From an uncultured virus (IMG/VR IMGVR_UViG_3300020147_000003) (lineage: Duplodnaviria; Heunggongvirae; Uroviricota; Caudoviricetes), in the IMG/VR virus record IMGVR_UViG_3300020147_000003: a stretch of 64,000 nt of DNA; one strand, written 5' to 3'. The translations under genes and the position numbers were made by a program. The notes under the pieces were generated by a model that was not told where the DNA came from, ran no database searches, and was given only the letters and a program-made list of their open reading frames with translations. Below are positions 1-9,864 of the stretch, in pieces. Within the stretch, counting starts at the first letter, position 1; the number at the start of each line of letters is the position of its first letter.

Positions 1-1
1 A

Positions 2-1471
2 AAAGAAGCGGCAGAGGAACGAGCTAAAACAGCGGAGCAGGAGGCGGAACGGGCTAGAGCCGAACGTGAAAGGCTTCAAAAGCAAAAGGAAGCACAGATA
101 AAAGAAATCCAGGATGCCCAACTGAAGGAACTCGAAGCCCAAAAGAACTACGAAATTGCCAAGCTGGACAGCGAGCGGGATTACAGCGAAAAGTCAAAGT
201 CTTACCAAGACCAACAGGCGCTTCTTCGTTTTGAAACGGAACAAACCCTGCAAACAGCAATTCTCGATAAGCAAAAGGAATTTGGCCGGATAACGGAAAC
301 GGAATACAAGGCGGCCCTGGAAAGAATGAAAGCAGAGTTCAAGAAGTTCCAGGCGGATCTGGCCAGCGAAACAAGCGGCTTCGCCAATGCCCTTGGCCGG
401 GCGATTGAATCCGGGCTTGGCGGAAACAACAATGCTCCCCCCGCTTTCCTTGCTCCACTGGAAAATGCGTTCGACAGTTCGGCGGAAAAAAGGATGAAGA
501 ATTTAGCGGCCGGGTTTGCAAAAAGCAGCATGGAGGGCCTAGCGGAAGGGGCGGAAGAATCTACGCTTTCCCTTTCGGAACGGTTGAGCAAAACCATGGA
601 CGGGTTTTGGGAAGGCCTGGGATTGGACGATCAGGAAATGGAGGGCCTCAAAACAGCCCTTGACTTTGCAAAACAACAACTGGCCGACTACATGGCTTCT
701 GTTCAAAAGGCAGCCGATGCACGTGTAAAGGCGGCGGATGATGCGGTTCGGGCAGCTGAAGAGGAATATAACCTGCAAACAAAGTTACAGTCTGATGGCC
801 TTGCACACCGAGCTCAGACAGCCGCTAAGGAATTGGATTTGGCAAAGGCAAACCAGCGCAAGGCCTTGGAAGAACAACGCCGGGTCCAGCGTCAGCAAAT
901 TATCCTCCAGAGCGTTGAACAGGCCAGCAATCTTGTAACTGCCGTTTCGAAGGTGTACGCATCCCTTGGTTTCCCTGCTGGGTTGATTGCTTCGGGCCTA
1001 ATGATAAGTGCTTTCCTTGGTGCAAAAATAAAGGCGCTTCAGGCTACCAAACAGACCTTCGGAGAAGGTGACCTGTCGGTTTTGGAAGGCGGCAGCCATG
1101 CTAGCGGACGGGACATTTTCATTGGGAGCCAGAAAGGGAAAAAGCAATTCGCCGAAGGCGGGGAGGCCCGAATGATTCTTTCAAAGCGAATGACTCGAAA
1201 GTATATGGAGGACGGTACGTTACCAGCTGTGTTTCATGCCTTGAAAAAAGGTGTTTTCCACAACAAGTTTGAGCAACTTGATGCGGCGGGGCGTGACCTT
1301 AGAGCTATCCATGTTTTCAATCAAGCCTTGCCGCCCGGGACGGACACCCGAAAGGTTGAGCAACTGTTGGGGCAATTGGTAAAACAAGGTGAGGCCAATG
1401 TGGTCGTAAATGGGAATACCACAATTAGCCGCTGGAGGGGTTGGACGTTCATAACGACCAAGGTGGCGTAA
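2..1471 (+). CDS. Tail tape measure protein, C-terminal part (5' truncated by window edge)
   Basis: Frame is open from position 2 (KEAAEERAKTAEQ...) into the listed ORF 326..1471. It has Ala/Glu/Gln-rich coiled coil, a hydrophobic segment (LGFPAGLIASGLMISAFLGAK) and the GGSH..G...AEGGE tail typical of Bacteroidota phage TMPs. Confidence 0.7.
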   Translation, partial: KEAAEERAKTAEQEAERARAERERLQKQKEAQIKEIQDAQLKELEAQKNYEIAKLDSERDYSEKSKSYQDQQALLRFETEQTLQTAILDKQKEFGRITETEYKAALERMKAEFKKFQADLASETSGFANALGRAIESGLGGNNNAPPAFLAPLENAFDSSAEKRMKNLAAGFAKSSMEGLAEGAEESTLSLSERLSKTMDGFWEGLGLDDQEMEGLKTALDFAKQQLADYMASVQKAADARVKAADDAVRAAEEEYNLQTKLQSDGLAHRAQTAAKELDLAKANQRKALEEQRRVQRQQIILQSVEQASNLVTAVSKVYASLGFPAGLIASGLMISAFLGAKIKALQATKQTFGEGDLSVLEGGSHASGRDIFIGSQKGKKQFAEGGEARMILSKRMTRKYMEDGTLPAVFHALKKGVFHNKFEQLDAAGRDLRAIHVFNQALPPGTDTRKVEQLLGQLVKQGEANVVVNGNTTISRWRGWTFITTKVA

Positions 1472-1472
1472 T

Positions 1473-1727
1473 TTACGTTTGGGTAAATCCACGGAGGCAC
1501 CCATCACACCACCATTCTTGTTTCCCGATTTCAGGGGGCGCTATCCGAACCGCTAAGTGGACGAACTCGGTTTTAATTTCCATCCAACGGCGCTGGCAGC
1601 CGGTGCATTTCTCTTTGCAATTCCGGCCCCGGTTGATTTGCAGATAGGTTTCTTTTGACTGGAAATTTACGGCGATCCGGTGAGATTGGGTTATTATCTT
1701 ATCCATAGTGTTCAGCACCGGTTTCAA
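1473..1727 (-). CDS. Small hypothetical protein
   Basis: ORF in the run of short leftward genes; has CxxC pairs (CTGC, CDGC). Confidence 0.45.
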   Translation of the reverse strand: MKPVLNTMDKIITQSHRIAVNFQSKETYLQINRGRNCKEKCTGCQRRWMEIKTEFVHLAVRIAPPEIGKQEWWCDGCLRGFTQT

Positions 1728-1757
1728 ATCCGGTTATGGCTTTGTGGTCTTTTGGAT

Positions 1758-2021
1758 TCATAATTTTTCAGGTTCAAAGTCTATCCAATGCGACGGGTCA
1801 GCCTCTATCCAAATATCGTTTTCATTCCCACGTTCCCCGGCTTCCCAGAAAATAAACTCAACCCTGCCGTCTCCTTTGCGTCTTGCCCTTAAATCACCCA
1901 ATGTTCCGTACTCCCATCGCATCCGTTTTAACTCTCGGACGTAACGGCGATAATAAGACTGGCAAACAGCCAAAATAATCGAGACAAAAAGGAAGGCGGC
2001 GAAAAGGTCAACTACGTTCAT
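1758..2021 (-). CDS. Small membrane-anchored hypothetical protein
   Basis: ATG ORF with N-terminal hydrophobic helix. Confidence 0.6.
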   Translation of the reverse strand: MNVVDLFAAFLFVSIILAVCQSYYRRYVRELKRMRWEYGTLGDLRARRKGDGRVEFIFWEAGERGNENDIWIEADPSHWIDFEPEKL

Positions 2022-2115
2022 TTCTATGTAACAAATTAAGAAAAGTTATCTGTATTTCTTTAGTTTTACCTTGGTTTTGTTGGGGTTTTTATGTAACCGT
2101 AATGTAACTTTTGGG

Positions 2116-2370
2116 TTACGCCGGTTCTTTTGTGGTTCCTTCAAAATACTTTTTTGCAGCGTACCAACCAGCCTCAAAATCCTTGATTGCATATTTGAAT
2201 TGTCTTGTTTTTTCATTGATATTTTGCACGGCCTTAACTTGGTCTTGGGCGTATTCAATTGCAAGTTTTTTCACGTCTGATGCACTCATGTCGTTTCCTT
2301 TATGGTTTCCAGAACGGCCCAACCTTCGGTTACCGGTTACGAAACCGGTTATATGTTCTTCTGGTGTCAT
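2116..2370 (-). CDS. Hypothetical protein
   Basis: ATGA overlap with upstream ORF (translational coupling). Confidence 0.6.
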   Translation of the reverse strand: MTPEEHITGFVTGNRRLGRSGNHKGNDMSASDVKKLAIEYAQDQVKAVQNINEKTRQFKYAIKDFEAGWYAAKKYFEGTTKEPA

Positions 2371-2651
2371 TTTTGAAATCCTTTATATTCACGCAATACT
2401 TTTCTACCATCAGCCGAAAGTTGATAGCCATTACCCCCAGGGAAAGACCTCCAAACCAGTCCCTTTTTTATCAACCTTGCCATATAGCTGCCAGCACATA
2501 GAAATCCAATTCCGGTTCTGGCTCCATTTCCGCAATTTTTAACCTTCCTGTGCATGTCATTGTCGGGCCACAATAGATGTGATAACCGTTCTGCCCCAAT
2601 ATCGGGGTGGTCGTGAAGTATTTGTAAAACCTCTAATGTCCGCTTTGTCAT
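2367..2651 (-). CDS. Hypothetical protein, possible winged-helix
   Basis: Coupled 4-nt overlaps on both sides; RLIKKGLV...YQLSADGR resembles a wHTH wing. Confidence 0.6.
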   Translation of the reverse strand: MTKRTLEVLQILHDHPDIGAERLSHLLWPDNDMHRKVKNCGNGARTGIGFLCAGSYMARLIKKGLVWRSFPGGNGYQLSADGRKVLREYKGFQK

Positions 2652-3025
2652 GCTGTTTCATTCTGCTCACCCCTAGCCATGACAAGGGCTTTTTTTGCAA
2701 CCTCAATCATATAGTCCATCGTTATTTCTTTATTACCTTCGGAGGTCGCCCAATCATAAATTACCCTCAAGTATTTTACAGCGTAACCAATCACACCATC
2801 TGAAATGGCAAGTATCATAATTTGAACACCTTTTGCCACCCTCAAGCCAACCGCAGCGCAATGCTTTTCAATTGCCTTAAGCACCCAAGATTCCTTTTTC
2901 ATTTCATCAAATAGGTGTTCAATATCACCTTCCTTAAACTGATGAATCATGGTAAAAATAGCCACCTCATCTTCATTCATTTCTCGATACATAATAAACC
3001 TGATTTTGAAAAAGTCCTTTATCAA
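2648..3025 (-). CDS. Hypothetical protein
   Basis: ORF coupled to the downstream gene; start uncertain. Confidence 0.55.
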   Translation of the reverse strand: MIKDFFKIRFIMYREMNEDEVAIFTMIHQFKEGDIEHLFDEMKKESWVLKAIEKHCAAVGLRVAKGVQIMILAISDGVIGYAVKYLRVIYDWATSEGNKEITMDYMIEVAKKALVMARGEQNETA

Positions 3026-3055
3026 CTTATTGACGTTAGATGAAATGCTTGATTT

Positions 3056-3280
3056 TCAAAGGTGTCCAGAATGCCGGGGTTCTTTTGGGTTCCCTTGTTG
3101 GGTTCTTTTGAAGGTAGGTTTAAAAAGAATGTCAGTATTGAAAAATACAATCTTATTGCCTTTATCGTCTTTCGTTTGCCACCCCTCCGGGTCAGGGCAG
3201 AAGGTAAAGCTGTAAACCTTGCCCACGGTTAAATAAAAGCCAGGCGGCTGTATTTTACAGATTAGGATTTTATCCTCCAT
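3056..3280 (-). CDS. Small hypothetical protein
   Basis: ATG ORF in the same leftward run. Confidence 0.5.
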   Translation of the reverse strand: MEDKILICKIQPPGFYLTVGKVYSFTFCPDPEGWQTKDDKGNKIVFFNTDILFKPTFKRTQQGNPKEPRHSGHL

Positions 3281-3559
3281 AGTTCAAGTTAGTTCCTAAC
3301 ACAGCCTCCGCTTCTTCCCTGGTATGGTAATAAGGTACTTCTAATTGAAGGGCTTCGTACAGGTAAACCGTTGCAACACATTTCTTCCTGTCTGATTCGG
3401 TTACTCCGATTATGTAAACTCTTTTCCTCATAGGTTTGAAATTTGCCAATGCTGGCGATTAGTTTGTTATTTTATTTCTACATACTACCGGTGTCACCGA
3501 AATGTCAATGTAGTATTGTTCGTCAACGTAATGATTCCACGCTCCGCCCCTGTTGAGAT

Positions 3560-4018
3560 TTATAATATAACTTTTCCTCTTAGCAATTTTTGATGGCCCC
3601 CCTCCTGTAGCTTCTCCCAAAGGGTCCGCTGGTCGGCGCTTTCAGGAAGGTAGTGCCAGGGAAGAAAGGCTTCCAGGATTTCAACTTCTTCGGTCATTAT
3701 CATCGCAACCTGGGCATCAATCAAATCGAAGATGTTCTTCCAGGCCGTTCGAATAGCCTGTTTCTTTATCCGTTCATCCGTGCCAGCGTTGGACTTCTTC
3801 ACTTCACCCCGCAGGATCTTTTCAACGTTGGCAACTTTTGCCGAAACCTTGAACGCCATGGTTTCTCCCTGAACCATCATCAAAAAGGAAATAGAAACCG
3901 GCTGTTTTTCTTCGTATGCCTTCGTTATTCCGTAGGCACCGGCTTCGACCAGCAGGTCTTCAATCATTCCGATTATCCTGTTGGCTGGAATTTCCGAGGT
4001 GTAGTTTTTAAGTTTCAT
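3560..4018 (-). CDS. Conserved phage hypothetical protein
   Basis: NYTS..P....I...L...GA and QA.RTAWK...D.I.AQ.A....FLP patterns seen in many phage hypotheticals. Confidence 0.75.
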   Translation of the reverse strand: MKLKNYTSEIPANRIIGMIEDLLVEAGAYGITKAYEEKQPVSISFLMMVQGETMAFKVSAKVANVEKILRGEVKKSNAGTDERIKKQAIRTAWKNIFDLIDAQVAMIMTEEVEILEAFLPWHYLPESADQRTLWEKLQEGGHQKLLRGKVIL

Positions 4019-4292
4019 TTTCTGGTAAATTTTTTAAGGCTTTTGCCTTGCACTGTTTACATATCCCTAATAATTCAAATTCATCAGCCACATCCCAGTA
4101 GTTAGGGTGGTCGCCCATCGAAACCCTGCTGATATTTTTTTCTATGTAAAATTTCCCATCTTCCACCTTAAAGTAATCTCCAGAATGAAGCCCTCCAAAT
4201 CGTCCGCACAATGTTCCGTTTCCATCTTCTATAGGCGTTAGGTGCATCATTCGGTGAGGATGGAAAACGGTTCCGTAAATCATAGTTTTCAT
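4008..4292 (-). CDS. Hypothetical protein (Cys-containing)
   Basis: ATG ORF overlapping the next gene; LCG and CKQC. Confidence 0.55.
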   Translation of the reverse strand: MKTMIYGTVFHPHRMMHLTPIEDGNGTLCGRFGGLHSGDYFKVEDGKFYIEKNISRVSMGDHPNYWDVADEFELLGICKQCKAKALKNLPENET

Positions 4293-4309
4293 AGAGTGAT
4301 TGAGTTAAA

Positions 4310-5287
4310 TTAAGAAGGCCCACAGCTTTCACCATAAGCGCCAGCCGGAAGGGTCCAGTTCTCCATGAAAATTCCTTGTTCATATTTCTCCGAAACAGCT
4401 AGGTCTATCACCCCCTGGTCCATTTGGTAAGGTGTCCCGCTTGTGATAAAGGAAACCAAGTCGATGTTTCTCTGCATTGTCAATCCAAATTCCCATTCAT
4501 ATTCAATAAGTCTGTCACCTTGGGCAGGGCTAATGGCATAAGCGCTAGCGAATTGATTTCTGCTTCCGAAAATGCAATACTTACAGGAAACCCGGCCCCA
4601 GCCTAAGTAGTAAGCTGGGTGAACACGAATCTTGTGGCGTGCGATTATTTGCCATACTTCTTTTTCTGTCCAGTCACGTATCGGACGCCAGCGGTCAACC
4701 AATCGTGCTTTTTTTCCGTGGCGGTTGTCGCTTCTGTCTGGTTCGTGAATCGCATAATTGGACCGTGCTTTACTTTCCTCCCCGCGTTCCCCTGAAATAA
4801 CCAAAGTTTTGATTCCATTAAACCGTTCTTGGTTCCTAATCGCCGCAGCACAAACATCTATTTTCAAATATGCCGAGCACCACCGAACGGAAAGGTCTGG
4901 GGAAACCTGGGGGAACTTGCGCCTCGTAGAAGGTTTGCCACGTTCCCCGCCAACTTTGCATATTGCCCCTGATGGGGTTTCAAAGTAAATAGGAGCTGTC
5001 AGGTTATTTTCCCTGGTCATTTCCCTTTCAAATCCACCTTCCTTCCAGGAGAAGTAAATCGGCACCCCAAAGGCTGAGGAGAAGGCTTTGCAGTAAGCCG
5101 GGGTAACTTCCCAATCCATGAGCAGGCGGCCTTTGCCGTCTATGTCATGGTGCCAGAGTTCAATTTTTTCTTTTGGTATTCCTATTTCCAGAAGGTGCAG
5201 GAAACAAGCTGTTGAATCTTTGCCGCCTGAAAAGGCGACAATGTATTTATCATAAATACCTGGGTTGCCAATGTTTGCAGACTTCAT
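4310..5287 (-). CDS. PAPS-reductase-family (PP-loop) protein
   Basis: FSGGKDS PP-loop, RWCSAYLK, GERGEES..R, RPI.DW, HPAY..G..R.SC..C; preceded by the start-associated motif. Confidence 0.9.
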   Translation of the reverse strand: MKSANIGNPGIYDKYIVAFSGGKDSTACFLHLLEIGIPKEKIELWHHDIDGKGRLLMDWEVTPAYCKAFSSAFGVPIYFSWKEGGFEREMTRENNLTAPIYFETPSGAICKVGGERGKPSTRRKFPQVSPDLSVRWCSAYLKIDVCAAAIRNQERFNGIKTLVISGERGEESKARSNYAIHEPDRSDNRHGKKARLVDRWRPIRDWTEKEVWQIIARHKIRVHPAYYLGWGRVSCKYCIFGSRNQFASAYAISPAQGDRLIEYEWEFGLTMQRNIDLVSFITSGTPYQMDQGVIDLAVSEKYEQGIFMENWTLPAGAYGESCGPS

Positions 5288-5309
5288 TTTGTACCGTGCT
5301 TTTTAAGGG

Positions 5310-5342
5310 AAAAGTCACGGGCGGGGTGAGTAGCCGCCCGTG
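5310..5342 (-). terminator. Intrinsic terminator-like hairpin
   Basis: 9-bp stem CACGGGCGG/CCGCCCGTG followed by a short T run on the minus strand. Confidence 0.55.
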
Positions 5343-5375
5343 CTGCTCTCATGAAAATGTTCTTTTGTGCGACTG

Positions 5376-6347
5376 CTATTGGTTCCCGCCGAAAACAAAC
5401 CTTTCCAGCTTGTACTTGCTATTGTTGTTTAGGTAGGCTTGCCAGCAACCATTCGATGGTGCCCATCTAAATCCATTGGCCTTCAGCTTTTCTCGGATAG
5501 ATGCCTCTGGTTTGCCGGGAAAGAAAACCTGAAGTCGGTTCTCCTGAACGTTCTCCACAATCCGAACCCCGTCCGCCCGTTCATTTTCTTTGCTTTGGGC
5601 GGTGGCTCGTTTTTCCAGTTCTTTCAGTCGTTTTTCGCTGCTGCGGATCCGGGCATTGGCGTTGGTGAGCTTGTAGGAGGCAAACCCTATATTTCCGAAG
5701 CAATCAGGTCTTTTTAATATCTCCGAAACGGAAGCGGGAATTCCCATGGAGCCCAATTTTTCAACCTTTTGTTCGTCGGTCAACTTCTTTGCCCGGATAA
5801 CCTTGTTCACCGCCTTCATAAATTCAACTCCGGCCTTTTCATTTTTAATCTTTTCTTTCAGTTCGGCGATGGGGTCAACCTCGGCCCGTTCAGCTTTCCG
5901 CTTTGCTCTGGCCATGCCTTCTAATGCCCTTTCCCGCCATTCGGAAAACTCTTTATAACGTTTTTCTTCTGACCGGTTGGCCTTTTCAGCACGGCGAACC
6001 GGGAACTTCGATGGCCCGGCTATCATAGTGCTAAGGCAGTTGGATTTGGCATAAAGCCAAGCCGAAAACAGCCTTTCGAACTTTTCCCGGTAGCGGTCAA
6101 AGTCTCCTCCCAATTCCTTCACCCTTTCAATATCGGCGGCAAGAAGTTCCGAATACTCTTTAATGTAATACCGGCCCCGGCGCTCGGGTGAAAACGATGT
6201 TCCCCGATGGGCGTCAATGGCTTGCTTCTCATGTTTATGGAGAAGCATCCCTTCGGTGCTTTTCACTTCGCTGTCGGAATAAAGTTTAGTATTGGAGGCA
6301 AGATTTTCCGTTTCCGGAGTTTCGGTGGGAAGATTTTCTGTTCTCAT
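5376..6347 (-). CDS. Conserved phage/plasmid early protein (coiled coil; C-terminal RLQVFF.GKP...LK.NGFRWAPS domain)
   Basis: TSFSPE.R, MIAGPSKFP and GFRWAPS..WQ motifs recur in mobile-element proteins; has its own promoter. Confidence 0.75.
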   Translation of the reverse strand: MRTENLPTETPETENLASNTKLYSDSEVKSTEGMLLHKHEKQAIDAHRGTSFSPERRGRYYIKEYSELLAADIERVKELGGDFDRYREKFERLFSAWLYAKSNCLSTMIAGPSKFPVRRAEKANRSEEKRYKEFSEWRERALEGMARAKRKAERAEVDPIAELKEKIKNEKAGVEFMKAVNKVIRAKKLTDEQKVEKLGSMGIPASVSEILKRPDCFGNIGFASYKLTNANARIRSSEKRLKELEKRATAQSKENERADGVRIVENVQENRLQVFFPGKPEASIREKLKANGFRWAPSNGCWQAYLNNNSKYKLERFVFGGNQ

Positions 6348-6378
6348 TGTACCGTGTTTTTAGTTTGAAAATGTTAGG

Positions 6379-6440
6379 CAAATTTAAACCCCGGTACAGA
6401 CAATCACAATATTTTTTAAATCTTTTTTTAAACTTTTTAC
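6379..6440 (-). promoter_or_regulatory. Bacteroidota sigma-70-type promoter
   Basis: TAAATTTG (-7 box) at 6379-6386 with upstream TTG and an A-rich element. Confidence 0.7.
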
Positions 6441-6446
6441 ACTTTT

Positions 6447-7904
6447 TCAATAATAAGCGACCCCTTCTCTTTCTACCTCGTCCATGTATTCATGGCAGGC
6501 ATAACCAATTAGGTCAACATATTCGTCGTGGGTTGCGTTTGGGAAAGAGCAGATTTGGGTAATGAACTTGTCGTTCCAGTTTCCTTCAACCAAAACAACC
6601 CGCCCGGCTTCAATTTTGGGTGCAGCAACCTGAAGCCGGGCCTCCTTTCCATCCTGAACAAGTGAGTTTTTTATTTCTACCGCATTCAGGTTGTTTGTCG
6701 GGTCATTATTCAGCATTTGCTTAAGACTGTGACCGGAGGCCTTTGGCTCGATCCGAACCCTGCTCATGCCATTCAGGCCCTGGCCCCTTGCAACTTCCGG
6801 AATCAGTTTTAAAAGTCCTGGCATTTCCAAGTAGGCATGATGGGCGTAGCGGATATACATTCGTTTATGGACGGGGTGATAACCGGCTACCATTAAGCCG
6901 GTGGGGTCGTTGGCTGTGTTTTTTGTGTAGGCACCATCCACCCATAGGTCCCAGATAATCCCCCCAGGTAATTCCTTTTCGTGGCAGAACTGAAACCAGT
7001 CTCGTTTAACTTTATTCCCCTCTGCAGGAGCTGGGCGCTGTTGGTAAAGGCTTGCAAAGGTTGTCTCCGACAAAGCCCGGAGATCGTTCAGCTTTTGCAG
7101 GCTGTGCCACTCTGGCCACAGGGGTTCGCCTACCTGCCTTGGGTCATCGGGGTCATTCAAATCTTCCCGAACGGCTGGGAATTTTATCACCGTCCATTTT
7201 TCCGGCTGGCGCGCAAGTAACCGGCCTGCTAAATCATCCTCATGCCAGCGGGTCATGATTAGGATAACCTTTGACCGATTGTTTAACCTGGTTTCCAGAA
7301 CGTTCACATACCAATCCCAAACACGGTCGCGGTAGACCGTGGAATTCGCCTCAATTGCATCCTTGACCGGGTCGTCGATGATGGCCAAGTCTACCGTCCG
7401 GCCGGAAAGCCCCCCCATTACACCGACCGCCTTGTAGTAACCTTTGTGGCCGACAATTTCGAATTCCTCCGTGTTGCGCAGGTACCCACCTTTGTCATCG
7501 AAGGCTACCCGGCTACCGTTCAATCGTGAGTTTGGGAAAATTTCACCGTACTCCTTTGAATCCATTATGCGCTGGACGTTCCGGTTAAAGGACCTGGCCA
7601 GGTCAAGGGAATAGGAAGCGCACGCAATTTTCAGATCTGGATTTTTTCCAAATGCATAGGCTGGTAAGGAACGGCTGGTGATTTCGCTTTTCCCGTGCTG
7701 GGGCGGGACAAACAACATCAGCCGCTTTTGTTCCGGGTCGTTCAGGAAAGCGTCTATTTTCTGGGTAATTAGCGTATGGTGCCAATTGGCCTTATAGTTC
7801 GGGTTGTTGTATTTGATAAACGCCAAAAGGTCTGTTAAGGCCCTGCGGCGCAACAACTCCATTTCGATTTCATACCGTTCAAGTAGCTGTTCACGGGTGG
7901 CCAT
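6447..7904 (-). CDS. terL: Terminase large subunit
   Basis: Walker A PPQHGKS, GGLSGR, Walker B IIDDP, coupling MTRWH..D, nuclease D.AY and C-terminal FP...HD..VD. Confidence 0.95.
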   Translation of the reverse strand: MATREQLLERYEIEMELLRRRALTDLLAFIKYNNPNYKANWHHTLITQKIDAFLNDPEQKRLMLFVPPQHGKSEITSRSLPAYAFGKNPDLKIACASYSLDLARSFNRNVQRIMDSKEYGEIFPNSRLNGSRVAFDDKGGYLRNTEEFEIVGHKGYYKAVGVMGGLSGRTVDLAIIDDPVKDAIEANSTVYRDRVWDWYVNVLETRLNNRSKVILIMTRWHEDDLAGRLLARQPEKWTVIKFPAVREDLNDPDDPRQVGEPLWPEWHSLQKLNDLRALSETTFASLYQQRPAPAEGNKVKRDWFQFCHEKELPGGIIWDLWVDGAYTKNTANDPTGLMVAGYHPVHKRMYIRYAHHAYLEMPGLLKLIPEVARGQGLNGMSRVRIEPKASGHSLKQMLNNDPTNNLNAVEIKNSLVQDGKEARLQVAAPKIEAGRVVLVEGNWNDKFITQICSFPNATHDEYVDLIGYACHEYMDEVEREGVAYY

Positions 7905-8388
7905 TATTGAGGTTTGCGAGCCGTTCGGCAAGTTCTTCGTCCGTCAGGTCGGAGTACGGAGTTTTGATTTCGTGTTTGCCTTCAATTGGCTGAACGGGTT
8001 TTCCGTGGAGCCTCTCGATTAGGGTTTCCCGACTCCGCATCCGGATGTTTGCTTGGCGGCTCTTTGCGTCCCTGTACCATTGAGCAACTATTGCCTTTGC
8101 TTCAGGAAGTTGGACAACAATAAGGGCCAGCTTCTTTCCCTGGTCTTCCCCTTCCACCTTTGCCCATTCCCCTCGTATGGTAATAAGGGGGCTTCCATCG
8201 GTATCTTCCCGGATTTCCACCAAGCCCTTAATTTCATTTTGTGCGATGGGAAAATAGCCCTCAGATTTTGAAAGTTCTTCCAGCGCCTCTTTGAACGGGT
8301 CCTTCTTCCGGCCCCGGTTTTCCGGTTGGTTGGTACTGGAAAATACGTTTCCTTCGCCCCCTTTAATTTGACCGTAACCTCCTGGCAT
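7891..8388 (-). CDS. Probable terminase small subunit
   Basis: Directly upstream of and overlapping terL; NQP..RGRK N-terminus and ER..GKP.Q...DLTDEEL C-terminus typical of TerS. Start placed at MPGG. Confidence 0.7.
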   Translation of the reverse strand: MPGGYGQIKGGEGNVFSSTNQPENRGRKKDPFKEALEELSKSEGYFPIAQNEIKGLVEIREDTDGSPLITIRGEWAKVEGEDQGKKLALIVVQLPEAKAIVAQWYRDAKSRQANIRMRSRETLIERLHGKPVQPIEGKHEIKTPYSDLTDEELAERLANLNNGHP

Positions 8389-8425
8389 ATAGTCGTAGTT
8401 TATTCGTAGATTTTTATTTGGTTCT

Positions 8426-8911
8426 TTATTGGAATTTAAGCAGTTCGTTTTGAAGGTACTCAAAGCATTTTGTGCTGTTCTCAAAAGCTAGGTGCTCTTT
8501 AGTGTTGTTCACCCGTGTTTCGATGCTTTTTACCTGTCGTTCACTCTGCTTTGTCTTTCGGTTCTTTCGCCCTTCAGTGCCATCGCCTTTTATCTTCAAA
8601 ATGGTTGGGTTCACTTTGGCAATAAAGGTGCTATTCGTAAACCTGTCGCCTTCGCACACCACGGGGACACCTTTGGGCAGGATTGCAAAGAACTGGTCAA
8701 GGTCCTGCAGGATTGCCATGCTTAGTTTATCCGAACCTTGGAAGGCCGAACCGTCGTAACAGCCAAGCACGGCGATTTTTCCGTTCCAGTTGAATCGCAT
8801 CTTTCCAAGTTTCCGGGCCTGATCCAGCTGAAGGGTTATTATCAGTTTCCTTGCTACCCAGGTTTTCCCTGTTCCGCAACAACCTACGATTAGGAAAATT
8901 GGTCTTTTCAT
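8426..8911 (-). CDS. P-loop nucleotide kinase of the DNA-hypermodification-associated type
   Basis: GCCGTGKT Walker A, VLG.Y...F.G.D.LSMA, EGDRF; adjacent to a TET/JBP gene. Confidence 0.75.
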   Translation of the reverse strand: MKRPIFLIVGCCGTGKTWVARKLIITLQLDQARKLGKMRFNWNGKIAVLGCYDGSAFQGSDKLSMAILQDLDQFFAILPKGVPVVCEGDRFTNSTFIAKVNPTILKIKGDGTEGRKNRKTKQSERQVKSIETRVNNTKEHLAFENSTKCFEYLQNELLKFQ

Positions 8912-8914
8912 TTT

Positions 8915-9862
8915 TCAGTTGTTCATCCTGCGGTTATTCCTTTTGGCCCGTTCGAGTTCCTGATGAAGCGTTCCGCATTGATGCATTTTTTCCCGGTAGT
9001 ACATGACAAAGCTCAGGCGAACGGCGTTCCGGTCTTTCATCACAATTGGGGTATTGCCATGCCACTCGTGAACGTTCATCATCAGGATATCGCCGTTGTC
9101 CACATCGAACCCGACTCCCCATTTCGGAAAGACGGTATTTCCCCCGGTGAAGCGCCCTACCTTGAGAACGGTTAAGTTTCCAAACCCTTTTTTGAAGTCG
9201 CCGGCATCTTTATGCACTGCGGTTGGAAAATTCTTGTTTACTGTTACGGTTGTGAACACGGTTCCGGGAATTACAAAGTCGGAAACGGTCTGATTGCACA
9301 TTTCCTGCTGAAGAGCGTATTCTTTCGGCATGAGTTCCTTATAGGCTTCATCGACGCATTTAATAAGCGGGTACGCCTTTTTGAACTTGTCGAAATTATC
9401 ATAGGTGAACGCTGTCAACCGGCAGTATGGGAAACGGCTGCTTCGGTCGAAGTACCCTACAATTCCGCTCTTGGTTGGAACGGCTCGTTCCGTTTTTGAC
9501 AGGGTGCCGTCCTTCTTTACAATGAAATATTTGTGTTTCCCACTCCGGACAATTCCCCTGGCCCCTTCTTTTCTGGCGTGTTGAAGGGCAAGTTTTTCGT
9601 CGAACCCAGCTGCCACTCCCCGGTTATCTCCTTCCACAGCCGCCGCCTTCAGGTTGTCATATGCTGCTTTTTGTGCAAACCCAGGTATCCGCCGTTTCCT
9701 GAATTTTGCAAGGCATTGGCCTGTGCTTTCGCAGTAAACATCTGCGTCCCGGGTGATTAGTATCCTGCAGTCGGATTGTTGAAGTTTTTTCCCAGCCAGA
9801 TCCGCAGTTTGTTCATCGGTGAGCAGAGGCGGAAGAAAAATTTTCTCTACCGTCTTTTCCAT
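8915..9862 (-). CDS. TET/JBP-family Fe(II)/2-oxoglutarate dioxygenase
   Basis: CRLTAF, FTTVTVNKN..TAVHKDAGD (HxD), HEWHGN (distal His), RLSFVMYYR (2OG-binding Arg). Confidence 0.85.
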   Translation of the reverse strand: MEKTVEKIFLPPLLTDEQTADLAGKKLQQSDCRILITRDADVYCESTGQCLAKFRKRRIPGFAQKAAYDNLKAAAVEGDNRGVAAGFDEKLALQHARKEGARGIVRSGKHKYFIVKKDGTLSKTERAVPTKSGIVGYFDRSSRFPYCRLTAFTYDNFDKFKKAYPLIKCVDEAYKELMPKEYALQQEMCNQTVSDFVIPGTVFTTVTVNKNFPTAVHKDAGDFKKGFGNLTVLKVGRFTGGNTVFPKWGVGFDVDNGDILMMNVHEWHGNTPIVMKDRNAVRLSFVMYYREKMHQCGTLHQELERAKRNNRRMNN

Positions 9863-9864
9863 TT

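Noticed and set aside
5290..5304. Start motif as an rRNA-pairing element (GUACCGUG, as I recall, occurs in 23S rRNA domain I)
   Set aside because: An 8-nt match to a large-subunit region not known to contact mRNA is weak, and it cannot be checked without the host rRNA.
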